Below the pieces are notes generated by a model. It was not told the origin of the DNA, ran no database searches, and saw nothing but the letters and a program-made list of their open reading frames with translations. Of a stretch of DNA of 64,000 nucleotides, positions 26,595-35,825 are shown in pieces (positions within the stretch are counted from its first letter, which is position 1; each line of letters begins with the position of its first letter). A program made the translations under genes and the position numbers. The stretch is from an uncultured Anaerolineaceae bacterium (lineage in GTDB: Bacteria > Chloroflexota > Limnocylindria > Limnocylindrales > CSP1-4): NCBI GenBank assembly GCA_964610835.1, contig CAZSWK010000001.1:23843-87842 (forward strand). The letters run 5' to 3'.

Positions 26595-27128
26595 CTATGC
26601 CCGGTCGGCGTCGTCGGCGCGAATGTGGCGCTCCAGGGCCAGGGCATCGTAGGAGCGGCCGGAATCGGCCTCCGGCCCTCGGTCCAGGAGTGTGAAACCG
26701 ATGCGCTCGTAGAAGCGCTGAGCGCCGTCGTTCACGTTCGTCACCCACAGCACGACGCGCCGCGCGCCCCACGACGCGCCCCAGTCCGCGACCGCCTGCA
26801 CGAGCGCACGGCCGACGCCCAGCCGGCGCACCTCGGGCGCCACCCACATCGAGAAGAGCAGGCAGTCGGCGGGCGGGCGTCGGCGCGCCTGGACCATGCC
26901 GACGGTCCTGGCGGGGCCGGCCGCGTCGCGGTCCAGCGCCAGGAAGTACGCCCGTGCATTGCCGCGTGCCGAGGCGCGCGCCACTGCCGTCCAGTCGCCG
27001 GGTGGCTCGTTGATGGCGTCCTCGTAGCGCGTGCCGAAGGCGTACGGCGCCTCGCGCAGCGCGCGCAGGCGGACGTCGCGCAATGCGTCGCCCTGGTCGG
27101 GGCTGATGCGTTCAATCGAGATCGCCAC
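26595..27128 (-). CDS. GNAT family N-acetyltransferase
   Basis: 'MWVAPEVRRLGVGRALVQAVADWGASWGARRVVLWVTNVNDGAQRFYERIGF' is the acetyl-CoA binding motif A region. Confidence 0.82.
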   Translation of the reverse strand: MAISIERISPDQGDALRDVRLRALREAPYAFGTRYEDAINEPPGDWTAVARASARGNARAYFLALDRDAAGPARTVGMVQARRRPPADCLLFSMWVAPEVRRLGVGRALVQAVADWGASWGARRVVLWVTNVNDGAQRFYERIGFTLLDRGPEADSGRSYDALALERHIRADDADRA

Positions 27129-27212
27129 GTCGCCTCACCGCGGCAGCGTAGCGGGCAGGCGCCAACGATGCGGCGGAGAATTGGTGGCCATGGCCAGCGA
27201 CTGCGCGAACCG

Positions 27213-28640
27213 ATGAACGAGTCGCGAGCCGTGGTCGTCGGCAGCGGGCCGAACGGCCTCGCCGCGGCGATCATGCTGGCCGAGGCAGGCGTGTCGGTCA
27301 CCGTGCTAGAAGCGGAGCCGGAGATCGGCGGCGGGGCGCGTTCGGCAGAGCTGACCCTGCCGGGCTTCGTGAACGACGTGTGCAGCGCCATTTACCCGTT
27401 CGGACGGAACTCGCCTTTCTTCGCGCCGCGCCAGTCCGATCTGGAACGTCACGGACTGCGTTGGGTGGAACCGCGCTACGCGATCGGTCACCCGCTCGAC
27501 GGGGAACCCGCCGTGATCGTGGAGCGCGACGTTGCGCTCACGGCTGCGCAGCTCGGCGCTGACAAGCGCGCGTACCGGTCGCTCATCGGGGCGCTCGTCG
27601 ACGATTGGCCGGCCCTGATGCCCGAGATACTCGCGCCGCTCCACGTTCCCTTGCGGCCGCCCGCCGCACTGCGGCTGGCCCGCTTCGGCTTGACCGCACT
27701 GCAGTCGGCGCGCTCTGTCGCACGACGCTTCACGACGAAGCGGGCGCGTGCGCTGTGGGCGGGCGCGGCGGCGCACTCGATGCTGCCACTCGGGCGATCG
27801 GTCAGCGCCGCGGCCGGCCTGCTGATGCTGGCCAGTGCACACGCCGATGGATGGCCGCTACCGGTTGGCGGCGCGGGTGCCTTGACCGCCGCGCTGGGCG
27901 AACGGCTGCAGGCCCTCGGCGGCCGTATCGAGACGGGCCGCAACATTACCGACTACGGCGAGTTGCCGGAGCACGACGTGGCGCTGTTCGACGTCATGCC
28001 CGGCGCGCTGGCGGCCATCTGCGCCGAGCAGTTGCCGGCTTCGTATCGGCGAAAGCTGCAGGGGTATCGCCACGGCCCCGCGGTGTTCAAGCTCGACATG
28101 GCCATCGAGGGGGCCATCCCGTGGCGCGACGAGCACCTGCTTGCGGCAGGAACGGTGCACGTGGGCGGCACCCTCGAGGAGATCGCCGCGTCCGAGGCGA
28201 CCGTCGCGGCCGGGCGCGTTTCGGAGAGGCCGTTCGTGCTCCTCGCCCAGCAGAGCCTGTTCGACCCGTCACGGGCGCCCGCGGGGCACAACACCGTATG
28301 GGCCTACTGCCACGTGCCGAACGGCTCGGCGGCCGACATGAGTGACGCGATCATCGGCCAGGTCGAGCGCTTCGCACCCGGCTTCCGCGAGCACATCCTG
28401 TCGCTCACGGCCAGCGACCCGGCACAGATCGAGCGCCATAACGCCAACTACGTGGGCGGGGACATCGGCGGCGGGAGCCTCGAGGTCGGCCAGCTATTCG
28501 ACCGGCCGGCGCGACCGTGGGACCCGTACTCGACTCCTGATCAGGCGATCTACCTGTGCTCGAGCGCCACGCCGCCGGGAGCAGGAGTGCACGGCATGTG
28601 CGGGCTGCACGCCGCGCGTTCTGTCCTGCCCCGCCTCTAG
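27213..28640 (+). CDS. NAD(P)/FAD-dependent oxidoreductase (phytoene desaturase/CrtI-like family)
   Basis: The ATG at 27213 lies inside the longer ORF 26625..28640. The dinucleotide-binding motif is 'AVVVGSGPNGLAAAIMLAEAGVSVTVLEAEPEIGGGARS'. The C-terminus 'YLCSSATPPGAGVHGMCG' is typical of this family. Confidence 0.8.
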   Translation: MNESRAVVVGSGPNGLAAAIMLAEAGVSVTVLEAEPEIGGGARSAELTLPGFVNDVCSAIYPFGRNSPFFAPRQSDLERHGLRWVEPRYAIGHPLDGEPAVIVERDVALTAAQLGADKRAYRSLIGALVDDWPALMPEILAPLHVPLRPPAALRLARFGLTALQSARSVARRFTTKRARALWAGAAAHSMLPLGRSVSAAAGLLMLASAHADGWPLPVGGAGALTAALGERLQALGGRIETGRNITDYGELPEHDVALFDVMPGALAAICAEQLPASYRRKLQGYRHGPAVFKLDMAIEGAIPWRDEHLLAAGTVHVGGTLEEIAASEATVAAGRVSERPFVLLAQQSLFDPSRAPAGHNTVWAYCHVPNGSAADMSDAIIGQVERFAPGFREHILSLTASDPAQIERHNANYVGGDIGGGSLEVGQLFDRPARPWDPYSTPDQAIYLCSSATPPGAGVHGMCGLHAARSVLPRL

Positions 28641-28717
28641 CACCGGCGCGAGCAGCCGCGCCGCCGTTGCTCCCGCGTGTAGGCGGCGCGCTGGACGGCG
28701 CGGCCATAATCGGACGC

Positions 28718-31700
28718 ATGGTGAGCCGCGGGGAGGGCGCGGTGCTCGTCGGGCGATCGGCGGAGCTCGCACAGCTCAGGGCCGCCATTTCAGCGGCTGA
28801 AGGCGGTTTGTTCCAGTTCGTGCTCATCAGCGGCGAGACCGGCGTCGGCAAGACGCGCCTGGTCCGAGAGACGATGCGCCTGGCCAGGGAGCGCGGTTTC
28901 AGTCGGCTATCGGGGCGCGGGATCGACCTCGTGGGTCCCGGTCTGCCGTATGGCCCGCTGGTCGAGGCCCTGCGACCACTGGCGGCGCCGATCGCGGGCG
29001 ATGCAGCCGATCCCGTGCGAGCGCGCATAGCGAAGGCCGCGCGGCACGTCTTCCGCGGGCTGCGGGGCGGCGCTCGGCCGCTCGGGCATGACCAGGCCGT
29101 TGCCTTCGAGCGTTTCGCGAACCTCCTCGAGGTCATCGCGGCAGGGTCGCCGCTGGTGCTCGCGGTCGACGATCTCCAGTGGGCCGATCGCTCGACTATC
29201 GATGTGCTGGGGTACCTCGTGCAGGCGCTTTCGTCGCTCGATCCAATCGAGCCAGCGCGGCCCACCCGGCGGATACTGCTCATCGCCGCGATCCGGGAGG
29301 AGGAGCTCGAGTCGCGGTCAGTTCTGCGGCTGCTCGCCAACGCTGCCCGCCTGCCCCAGGCGAGCATCATCGAGCTCGGCCCGCTGAGCCGCGATGATCA
29401 CGCCGCCCTGCTGCAGGCGATCCTGGGCCAGGCAGTTGGCCAGGAGCAACTCGAGCGCGTGTACGAGCGTTCGCGCGGCAATCCGTTTCTCGCCGAGCAG
29501 CTCTTCGCCGGTGGGGCCCCTTCGCCGGTTCTGCCGCGCGGCCTGCGCGACGTACTGCTCGCCCAGTTCGCGTTGCTGTCGCCAGCGGCCCAGCGCGTGG
29601 CCGAAATCGTGTCGGCGGCTCAACGGATCGATCACCAGACGCTCGCTCGCGTGGCTGGCATACCCGAGCCCGCCTTGCTCGATGCTGTGCGCGAGGCGAT
29701 GGAGCGCTCGATCCTGGCGGCCGAGCCGGCAACGGCGCGTTACACCTTCCACCACCCGCTCCTCGCCGAAGTGGTCTACGAGAACCTCATTCCCGGAGAG
29801 CGGATGAAGCTCCACGGGGAGCTGGCCAGCGCGCTGAGCCTGGCTCATTCGGCCGATCGCGCGACGGCCGCACAGGTGGCGGCAGAGATCGCCGAGCATT
29901 GGCTGAAGGCGGGCCAGGAGGCCCGGGCGATGCCGGCGCTGATCCGCGCCGGGCGAGCCGCCAGCCGGCTCGGCGCCCACGCCGAGGCACTGACCCACTT
30001 CCGGCGCGCGCTGGAGCAATCGTCGGGGGCGCACCACGGACGCGCCGGGTCAGGCACGATGCAGCTGCTGGCGTCCGCCGCCGCCGCCGCAGAGGGCAGC
30101 GGTGAGCTCGACGAGGCGGCCGGTTACTGGGAGCGCGCCATCCGTCTGGCGGAACGCCGGTCGGACGCTGGCCAGCTGGCCGGCCTGCGCGGTCACCTGG
30201 CGGACTGCCGCATGTTGGGCGGGGACCTGCCGGCGGCAATGGACGGCTGGCAACAGGCGCTCGAGGCGGTCGCGCTCGACGCGCCTTCCGTTCGTGCGCG
30301 GCTCATGGCCAAGTTGGCCGGCGGACAGATCATCCTTGGCCAGCTGAGCGATGCGCAACGCTCGGCGCAGGCGGCGATCGAGGTCGCCGGGCGCATCGGT
30401 GCCGCACCGGAGGAAGGGTTGGCCCGTGGCTCGCTGGGCGCCGCGTTGGCCATGCAGGGCCGCGCCGCGGCCGGGGTGGAGCACCTGCGCAGGTCGCTGA
30501 CCGTGGCGATCCACCAGCGCGCGATAGAGGACGAGGCCATCGCCAGATCGAACCTGGCGGAGGCGCTGCATTTCAGCGGTCAACTGGTTGAGGCGATCGA
30601 GGTCCTCGACGAGGGCATCACGCGCGTTCACCGGGCCGGGCTCGACCGTACCTATGGAGGCACGATGACCGCCACGGCTGCTTACCTGGTGTTCGTAGCC
30701 GGGCGCTGGGATGAGGCCATGCGGCGCTGCCACAGCGGGCTGGCGCGGTTGCCGCAGGGAATTGCCGCGGCGTGGCTGTACCTGGTGCAGGGCGAGGTGC
30801 TGACTGAGCGTGGCCAGTTCGACGAGGCCGCCGAATCGATCGCCACCGCGGCGGCACTCAGTCCGGGGGACCGGGTGACCGGCTGGGATGGTCCGCATGA
30901 GCAGCTGGCCACGCTGGCGATCCATCGTGGACGACCGCGCGAGGCACTCCGTCTCGTGCGCCAGGCGCTGGGGCTGCTGAGCGGCGGCGAGCTGACCAGC
31001 AAGCAGCGCTTCCTTGTCGCGCTGGGTCTCCGGGCTGCGGCGAATGTGGCCCAGGAATCGGGTTCGGCACCCGATGTTCATGGCCGCGATGAGGCCCGGG
31101 CGGTGGCGCGGGACCTGATTGCCCGCTTGCGCGATCACGCTCGCGCCATCGCCGGCGACGCCGATCCACACCTGGCCGCCGAACTCCCGCTGGCGGAAGC
31201 CGAGTACCGGCGCTGCCTGGGTGACGACGATCCCGAGCGCTGGGCCGCCGTGGCCGCCGCCTGGGACACGCTTCAGCACCCGCTCGACCTGTGCTACGGC
31301 AAGGTGCGCCGGGCCGAAGCGCTCCTGCGCCACGCCAGCCGCCGCAGCGTCCGCCAGGATGTTGCCCGCGAGCTCGAGGAGGCATGGGCGATAGCCGCCG
31401 CGCTGGGCGCACGGCCCGCGACGCAGCGCATCGAGGAAATCGCGCGGCGCGGCAGGATCGTGCTGTCTGCCAGGGAGGGGCGGCCGCTGGAGAGGCGCGC
31501 GCTGCCGGGCGATCCGCGCGGTTTGACGCCACGTGAGCAACAGGTGCTCCGCCTGCTGCTCGACGGTCGGACCGACCGCGAGATAGCCGATCAGCTGTTC
31601 ATCGCCGAGAAGACGGCGTCGGTTCATGTCTCCAACATCAAGGCGAAGTTCGCGGCCGCGTCGCGCACGGAGGTTGCCGTGCGGGCACTGCAGCTCGGGT

Positions 31701-31720
31701 ATGCCACCGATCACAGCTAA
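28718..31720 (+). CDS. large ATP-binding LuxR-family regulator (AAA/STAND NTPase, TPR-like helical repeats, LuxR HTH)
   Basis: The ATG is at 28718. Walker A is 'ISGETGVGKTRL' and Walker B is 'LVLAVDDLQWAD'. A long Ala/Leu-rich helical repeat region follows. The C-terminus 'LTPREQQVLRLLLDGRTDREIADQLFIAEKTASVHVSNIKAKF' is a LuxR/GerE HTH. Confidence 0.85.
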   Translation: MVSRGEGAVLVGRSAELAQLRAAISAAEGGLFQFVLISGETGVGKTRLVRETMRLARERGFSRLSGRGIDLVGPGLPYGPLVEALRPLAAPIAGDAADPVRARIAKAARHVFRGLRGGARPLGHDQAVAFERFANLLEVIAAGSPLVLAVDDLQWADRSTIDVLGYLVQALSSLDPIEPARPTRRILLIAAIREEELESRSVLRLLANAARLPQASIIELGPLSRDDHAALLQAILGQAVGQEQLERVYERSRGNPFLAEQLFAGGAPSPVLPRGLRDVLLAQFALLSPAAQRVAEIVSAAQRIDHQTLARVAGIPEPALLDAVREAMERSILAAEPATARYTFHHPLLAEVVYENLIPGERMKLHGELASALSLAHSADRATAAQVAAEIAEHWLKAGQEARAMPALIRAGRAASRLGAHAEALTHFRRALEQSSGAHHGRAGSGTMQLLASAAAAAEGSGELDEAAGYWERAIRLAERRSDAGQLAGLRGHLADCRMLGGDLPAAMDGWQQALEAVALDAPSVRARLMAKLAGGQIILGQLSDAQRSAQAAIEVAGRIGAAPEEGLARGSLGAALAMQGRAAAGVEHLRRSLTVAIHQRAIEDEAIARSNLAEALHFSGQLVEAIEVLDEGITRVHRAGLDRTYGGTMTATAAYLVFVAGRWDEAMRRCHSGLARLPQGIAAAWLYLVQGEVLTERGQFDEAAESIATAAALSPGDRVTGWDGPHEQLATLAIHRGRPREALRLVRQALGLLSGGELTSKQRFLVALGLRAAANVAQESGSAPDVHGRDEARAVARDLIARLRDHARAIAGDADPHLAAELPLAEAEYRRCLGDDDPERWAAVAAAWDTLQHPLDLCYGKVRRAEALLRHASRRSVRQDVARELEEAWAIAAALGARPATQRIEEIARRGRIVLSAREGRPLERRALPGDPRGLTPREQQVLRLLLDGRTDREIADQLFIAEKTASVHVSNIKAKFAAASRTEVAVRALQLGYATDHS

Positions 31721-31759
31721 CCCTTAGAACGCCTCTCCGGGACTAAGGAAACTGCCGAT

Positions 31760-32191
31760 GTGCGCCGCCAGCGGCGTGGCGATCCTTGTGACATGGGACG
31801 TGCACAGGCACCGCTGACCTTTGGCGTCAGGTCGGTTGCCCGGAGCTTCATCGTCGCGATCGATGGAACCGACACGGGCGGAGCACGCGCCTTCGGTGCC
31901 GAGCTGCGCCGGGCCGAGGGCGAGCTTCGCGCGAGCTGTGCCCGGATGGGCGTGGATCGCCTGTGGTGGTCGCTGGTGCCGGCCAACGGTGGACAGTGGC
32001 TCGTCGCCGGCCTCGAAGGCGGCAGCGATGCCGACCCGCTGCGCCGCCTGGCGGTCTCGGTCCACCCCTTCGACCTGTGGCTCAAGGAGCGCTGGGCTGA
32101 GCTGTCCGGGAGTGAACTGGGCCTCGACGCCGCCATACCGGTTGGCGAGCTCCTCGCCGACGTAGACCTCAGGGGGAGGACCTCATCGTGA
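31760..32191 (+). CDS. hypothetical protein (possibly a small alpha+beta/Dabb-like fold)
   Basis: An AAGGA RBS lies 9 nt before the GTG at 31760. The gene starts 39 nt after the LuxR regulator, and its stop overlaps the next gene's start. The pattern 'FIVAIDG...ARAFGAELRRAEGELRASCARMGVDRLWWSLVP...QWLVAGLEG...HPFDLWLKERW' resembles small ferredoxin-like proteins. The family assignment is tentative. Confidence 0.5.
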   Translation: MRRQRRGDPCDMGRAQAPLTFGVRSVARSFIVAIDGTDTGGARAFGAELRRAEGELRASCARMGVDRLWWSLVPANGGQWLVAGLEGGSDADPLRRLAVSVHPFDLWLKERWAELSGSELGLDAAIPVGELLADVDLRGRTSS

Positions 32192-32724
32192 AGATCACCC
32201 GACGCTTCATTCTGGTGCTGTTGGTGCTGAGCATCGCGGTGACCGCCTGCAGCACGTCCTCGCCCAGCGAGGGTGGTGGCCCGTCCGCGGCCCCGGCTTC
32301 GGTGGCCGCCGACGCGACGCCAGGAACAGATCTGACGGCGTGCGAGCTCGTCGTCGGATCGGACATCGAGGCCGCCCTGGGCCTAGACGGCGGAACTGTC
32401 GGAGAGGGCGACGTGAGGCCGGTAGACCACAGCCATGACGCGGCGGCCAGCGAGTGCCAGTGGTCGTCCGATTGGGGCTGGCTGTCCGTGGGCGTGACGC
32501 CAACCATCGGTGGTACTGCGTTCGCCGACTCGGCAGAGCAGCTGGGCGATCGCGCCGAGGCATTGGACATCGGCGATGGCTCGCTGTGGGTGGACGACAT
32601 TGGCCGCGGCTACTTCCACAAGGGCTCGGTCCTCATCATCGTTCAGTTCCTGACGCTCCACGGTGATCGGACACCGCGAGAGCCGACCATCGCGCTCGGT
32701 ACCGCGGCAATCAATCGGTTGTAG
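32188..32724 (+). CDS. lipoprotein, DUF3558-like
   Basis: A GGGGGAGGA RBS precedes the start. The signal/lipobox is 'LVLLVLSIAVTAC'. The pattern 'LTACELVVGSDIEAALGL...ASECQWS' is the two-cysteine signature seen in actinobacterial DUF3558 lipoproteins. Confidence 0.7.
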   Translation: MKITRRFILVLLVLSIAVTACSTSSPSEGGGPSAAPASVAADATPGTDLTACELVVGSDIEAALGLDGGTVGEGDVRPVDHSHDAAASECQWSSDWGWLSVGVTPTIGGTAFADSAEQLGDRAEALDIGDGSLWVDDIGRGYFHKGSVLIIVQFLTLHGDRTPREPTIALGTAAINRL

Positions 32725-32732
32725 GCGCTGCA

Positions 32733-34952
32733 ATGACTTCGACTTCCCCGACTCGCTTCCTCGCCACGGCTGCTGTCGTACTTGCGCTCATTGGCGGCTG
32801 CAGTGCTCCGAGTGAGACGGTCGTACCGTCGCAACCTGGTACAGGCCGGAGCGCGGCGCCCGCAGCCACGGCTGCCGCCAGCGCTCTCGCCGATCGCCCG
32901 GAGGTCCCACGGATCGATGCCTGCAAGCTGCTCACCGATGACGAAGTCGAGGCGGGCCTGGGCCTGCTGGACATTGAGTGGGTCGATCGCATCGTCATCA
33001 CCCAGGGCGGCGGCGAGGCGTGCACCTGGACGTTCGTCGGCACGGACAATGTCCAGCCCGCCGGCCAGGTGCTCCAGATCGGGCCGGGTGAGCCCGCTGA
33101 CTTCGAGCAGGGTGCGACGCTGGACGGCCAGGCCGGCAGCGCTGTCTCTCTGGCCAGAGGTGCTGCGGTCTGGTTCCCGGGATCCGATGGCGGCGTCCTC
33201 AGTGTGGGCCAGCAGAACGACCTGGGCTATCTCTTCTACCGCGTCGGTGTCACGCGACCCGACATCGACGACGCCGTGCGCCTGGCAGTGGCCACCGACC
33301 TGGCCGTCGCGGCGCTACCACGCTTCCCCGGCATGAGCGGGACGGGCTCACAGCCTGAGGTGGTCACTTTTGACCGTGAGCCGCCCGACACCTCCAACCT
33401 GAGCTACGCCGACAACCTCCTCGCGCGCGAGCGGGCCGGCTACTGGACCCTGGGCCTGGGGCTGGTCAGGACGCTCCAGCTCCTTGCCGGCGAGGTCGAT
33501 GCGGCAAGCGTCCTGAGCGACCCGGACATCCTCGATCCGTCGAGCGCCGACGTCATTGCCATGGCGCGTCAATACGTGGTCGATGGCCCCGACGCGAACG
33601 CGCGCGACGAGGTCGCCGCCCTGCTCGACAGGCTCACCTTCACGGACCAGGAGCTCGAGGAGATGAGCGCCGGGGCGCAGCCGATAGTGCTGCCGGCCAA
33701 ACTTGCCGGGTCGCGAACCGGTAGCCCCAGGCGCTTCGCCGATCCATGCACCGACATCGGCAAGACGATTCCGTGCGTGAGGCCGTACGAGCCCGCGTTG
33801 CTCACTGATCTGAACAAGCAGTGGCCCAAGACGACGTACGAGATGGATGTCATGGTCACTGCCGTTGATGCCTGGGGCGGACCGAAACTGTACGCAGCCG
33901 CGGAGGCCCTGCGCGATGCGGCGGACAGGTTCGAGGCACTCGGCAGCATGCCGGCCACGGTGGATCTCCTGGCCACGCCGTTCGACACCAACCGGAGCGT
34001 GGTCTGGAGCGAGGCCGGCCAGTGTTCGATCAACTTGAACCGCCCCCTGCTGCAGATGGCCGATGCGCAGATGAAGCAGTGGATTGCGGCCGATCTCGCC
34101 GACTGCTTCATTGCCGCCACCTTCCCCACGCAGGCCGCCGGTTCCTCAACGTCGAAGAGTTGGTGGCGACGCGCGCTGGCTCTCTACCTCAGCAACGTTG
34201 TCTACAACGCGCCGCAGTGCGATTTCGGGAAAGGCCTCCAGCGCTGCGACCTCGAATGGGCTTTCGCCGACACGTTTGCGAGCCAGGAGTTGACCACCAA
34301 CCTGGTCCAGCGGACGGAGGCCAACTGGCTCCTTTTCCAGCACCTGGAGAAGACCGAGGGTGTCGGCGGGATACTCAACCTGATCAGGAGGTTGCCCGGA
34401 GGTGACGCGACTGCGCCACAAGTGCTGGCACTCATTGGCTACGAGCCCATGGCCGGGTTGTTCCACGACTTTGGCAAGAGCGTCAGCGACAACGCCGTCA
34501 TGGACACCGGCGGCGGGAACCTGCAGTACGCGTACACACCCGCGAAGGACGACCTGGTGCTGACGTGCTCTACCGAAGATGATGAGCGGCCCGGGCCATT
34601 CGAGACGGTCCGGCTGCAGCTTTCTGTCTCGGGCGGCAAGTCCGCGAAGCTCGCTTACACGCGCAGCGGCGACCTCCAGGTCAGCTGGCGGCCGGGTACG
34701 GCGGGCGCAAACGGGGTGACCGGTGGCTGGTCCGACGAGCTGCCGGAGTCACTGTCGGGCGACGCCGTCATGGTCATTTCCACCACCGAGCCTGGTGCGA
34801 GCTTCAACCTCCGTGTGACCGATCTCAGCCCGAGCTGCAACCCGACGCCGCGGCCGAGCACCTCGATCTGCCCGTTCTGCGGCTTCTCCAACTTCTTCCA
34901 GTTCGCCGATGTCGTCTCCGACTACGTCCAGCGGATCGTGAACGGCGGCTGA
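32733..34952 (+). CDS. large lipoprotein: DUF3558-like N-terminal module plus a ~550-aa uncharacterised domain
   Basis: The lipobox is 'VLALIGGCS'. The N-terminal module 'IDACKLLTDDEVEAGLGL...GEACTWTF' is paralogous to the upstream gene. I recognise no family for the remainder. Third-position codon bias supports coding throughout. Confidence 0.7.
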   Translation: MTSTSPTRFLATAAVVLALIGGCSAPSETVVPSQPGTGRSAAPAATAAASALADRPEVPRIDACKLLTDDEVEAGLGLLDIEWVDRIVITQGGGEACTWTFVGTDNVQPAGQVLQIGPGEPADFEQGATLDGQAGSAVSLARGAAVWFPGSDGGVLSVGQQNDLGYLFYRVGVTRPDIDDAVRLAVATDLAVAALPRFPGMSGTGSQPEVVTFDREPPDTSNLSYADNLLARERAGYWTLGLGLVRTLQLLAGEVDAASVLSDPDILDPSSADVIAMARQYVVDGPDANARDEVAALLDRLTFTDQELEEMSAGAQPIVLPAKLAGSRTGSPRRFADPCTDIGKTIPCVRPYEPALLTDLNKQWPKTTYEMDVMVTAVDAWGGPKLYAAAEALRDAADRFEALGSMPATVDLLATPFDTNRSVVWSEAGQCSINLNRPLLQMADAQMKQWIAADLADCFIAATFPTQAAGSSTSKSWWRRALALYLSNVVYNAPQCDFGKGLQRCDLEWAFADTFASQELTTNLVQRTEANWLLFQHLEKTEGVGGILNLIRRLPGGDATAPQVLALIGYEPMAGLFHDFGKSVSDNAVMDTGGGNLQYAYTPAKDDLVLTCSTEDDERPGPFETVRLQLSVSGGKSAKLAYTRSGDLQVSWRPGTAGANGVTGGWSDELPESLSGDAVMVISTTEPGASFNLRVTDLSPSCNPTPRPSTSICPFCGFSNFFQFADVVSDYVQRIVNGG

Positions 34953-34990
34953 AAAGGGTCGATCGGGCAGCAGCTCGTTGCCGCGAGCGC

Positions 34991-35791
34991 CTACATGCGC
35001 AGGCGCTCGCTCAGCCTGAGCTCGAGCTCATCGGAGAGTGTCCGGGCAACCTGGGTGGCGAAGCGGTCGGCCATGCGTGCGAAGAACGGGCGCGGCAGGC
35101 GTGCGACCCCGGCCTTCGGAGCCACGCCGGCCATCTTGGCCGCGACTTCGATCGCGTGCTGCAGGTCACCGACCTCGTCGACGAGACCCAAGGCGACCGC
35201 CTGGCGGCCCAGCCACACCTCGCCGGTCGCCAGCGAGCGCGCTTTCCGCGGAGTTAGCTTGCGTGCGTTTGCCACGCGCTCGACGAATGCGTCGTAGACC
35301 TGGTCGACGAGCTGCTGCTCCTTGGCTGCCTCCGGCTCTGACTCGGTCCGCCAGGGGGCGCCCATGCCCTTGAGCGTGCCGGCGGTGTGCTCGCTGACGG
35401 CGATCCCCAGCCGCTCCAGCAGCGCCGGCACGCGCGGCGCCACGTTGATCACGCCGATCGAACCCACGACAGAGGTCGGCGCCGCGACGATGCGCCGGGT
35501 GGCGATTGCGGCGAGATAGGCGCCCGACGCACCCGTGCCGGTGATCGCCGCGACGACCGGCTTGGTCGCCGAGAGGCGCTCGAGTGCCATGAACATGTTG
35601 TCGGAGGCCGCCGCCGAGCCGCCCGGCGAGTCGACGTCGATGACCACTGCCGGTACGCGATTGTTTTCGCGCAACCGGCGAACGAGCTCGAGCCACTCGG
35701 CGTTGCGAGCGCCTCCGGCGATCGGGCCGTAAAGCCGAATGATGGCCACGCGGCCGGCGCGAAAGCGACGCGAAAAGCCGAGCAGCCCCAT
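34991..35791 (-). CDS. sppA: signal peptide peptidase SppA (S49 family, 36K type)
   Basis: 'VAIIRLYGPI...VVIDVDSPGGSAAASDNMFMAL...KPVVAAITGTGASGAYLAA' is the S49 core with the catalytic Ser in 'GASGAY'. The start at 35791 is chosen to avoid overlapping xthA. Confidence 0.85.
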   Translation of the reverse strand: MGLLGFSRRFRAGRVAIIRLYGPIAGGARNAEWLELVRRLRENNRVPAVVIDVDSPGGSAAASDNMFMALERLSATKPVVAAITGTGASGAYLAAIATRRIVAAPTSVVGSIGVINVAPRVPALLERLGIAVSEHTAGTLKGMGAPWRTESEPEAAKEQQLVDQVYDAFVERVANARKLTPRKARSLATGEVWLGRQAVALGLVDEVGDLQHAIEVAAKMAGVAPKAGVARLPRPFFARMADRFATQVARTLSDELELRLSERLRM

Positions 35792-35825
35792 CAATGAACG
35801 CGCCACGAGCGCGCCTCCTTTCCGG

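Noticed and set aside
26625-27212. The N-terminal ~196 codons of ORF 26625..28640, which would make a 671-aa oxidoreductase.
   Set aside because: This extension is antisense to the well-supported GNAT gene (26595..27128) and is Arg/Ala-rich. The Rossmann motif 'VVVGSGPNG' starts right after the internal ATG at 27213.
30050-31714. A 554-aa minus-strand ORF inside the LuxR-STAND gene, and the similar plus or minus ORFs inside the other STAND genes (for example 53364..54419 +, 55152..56039 +, 60018..61229 -).
   Set aside because: They are antisense to genes with clear P-loop, TPR, HTH or cyclase motifs and have no motifs of their own. Their composition is typical of GC-rich antisense frames.
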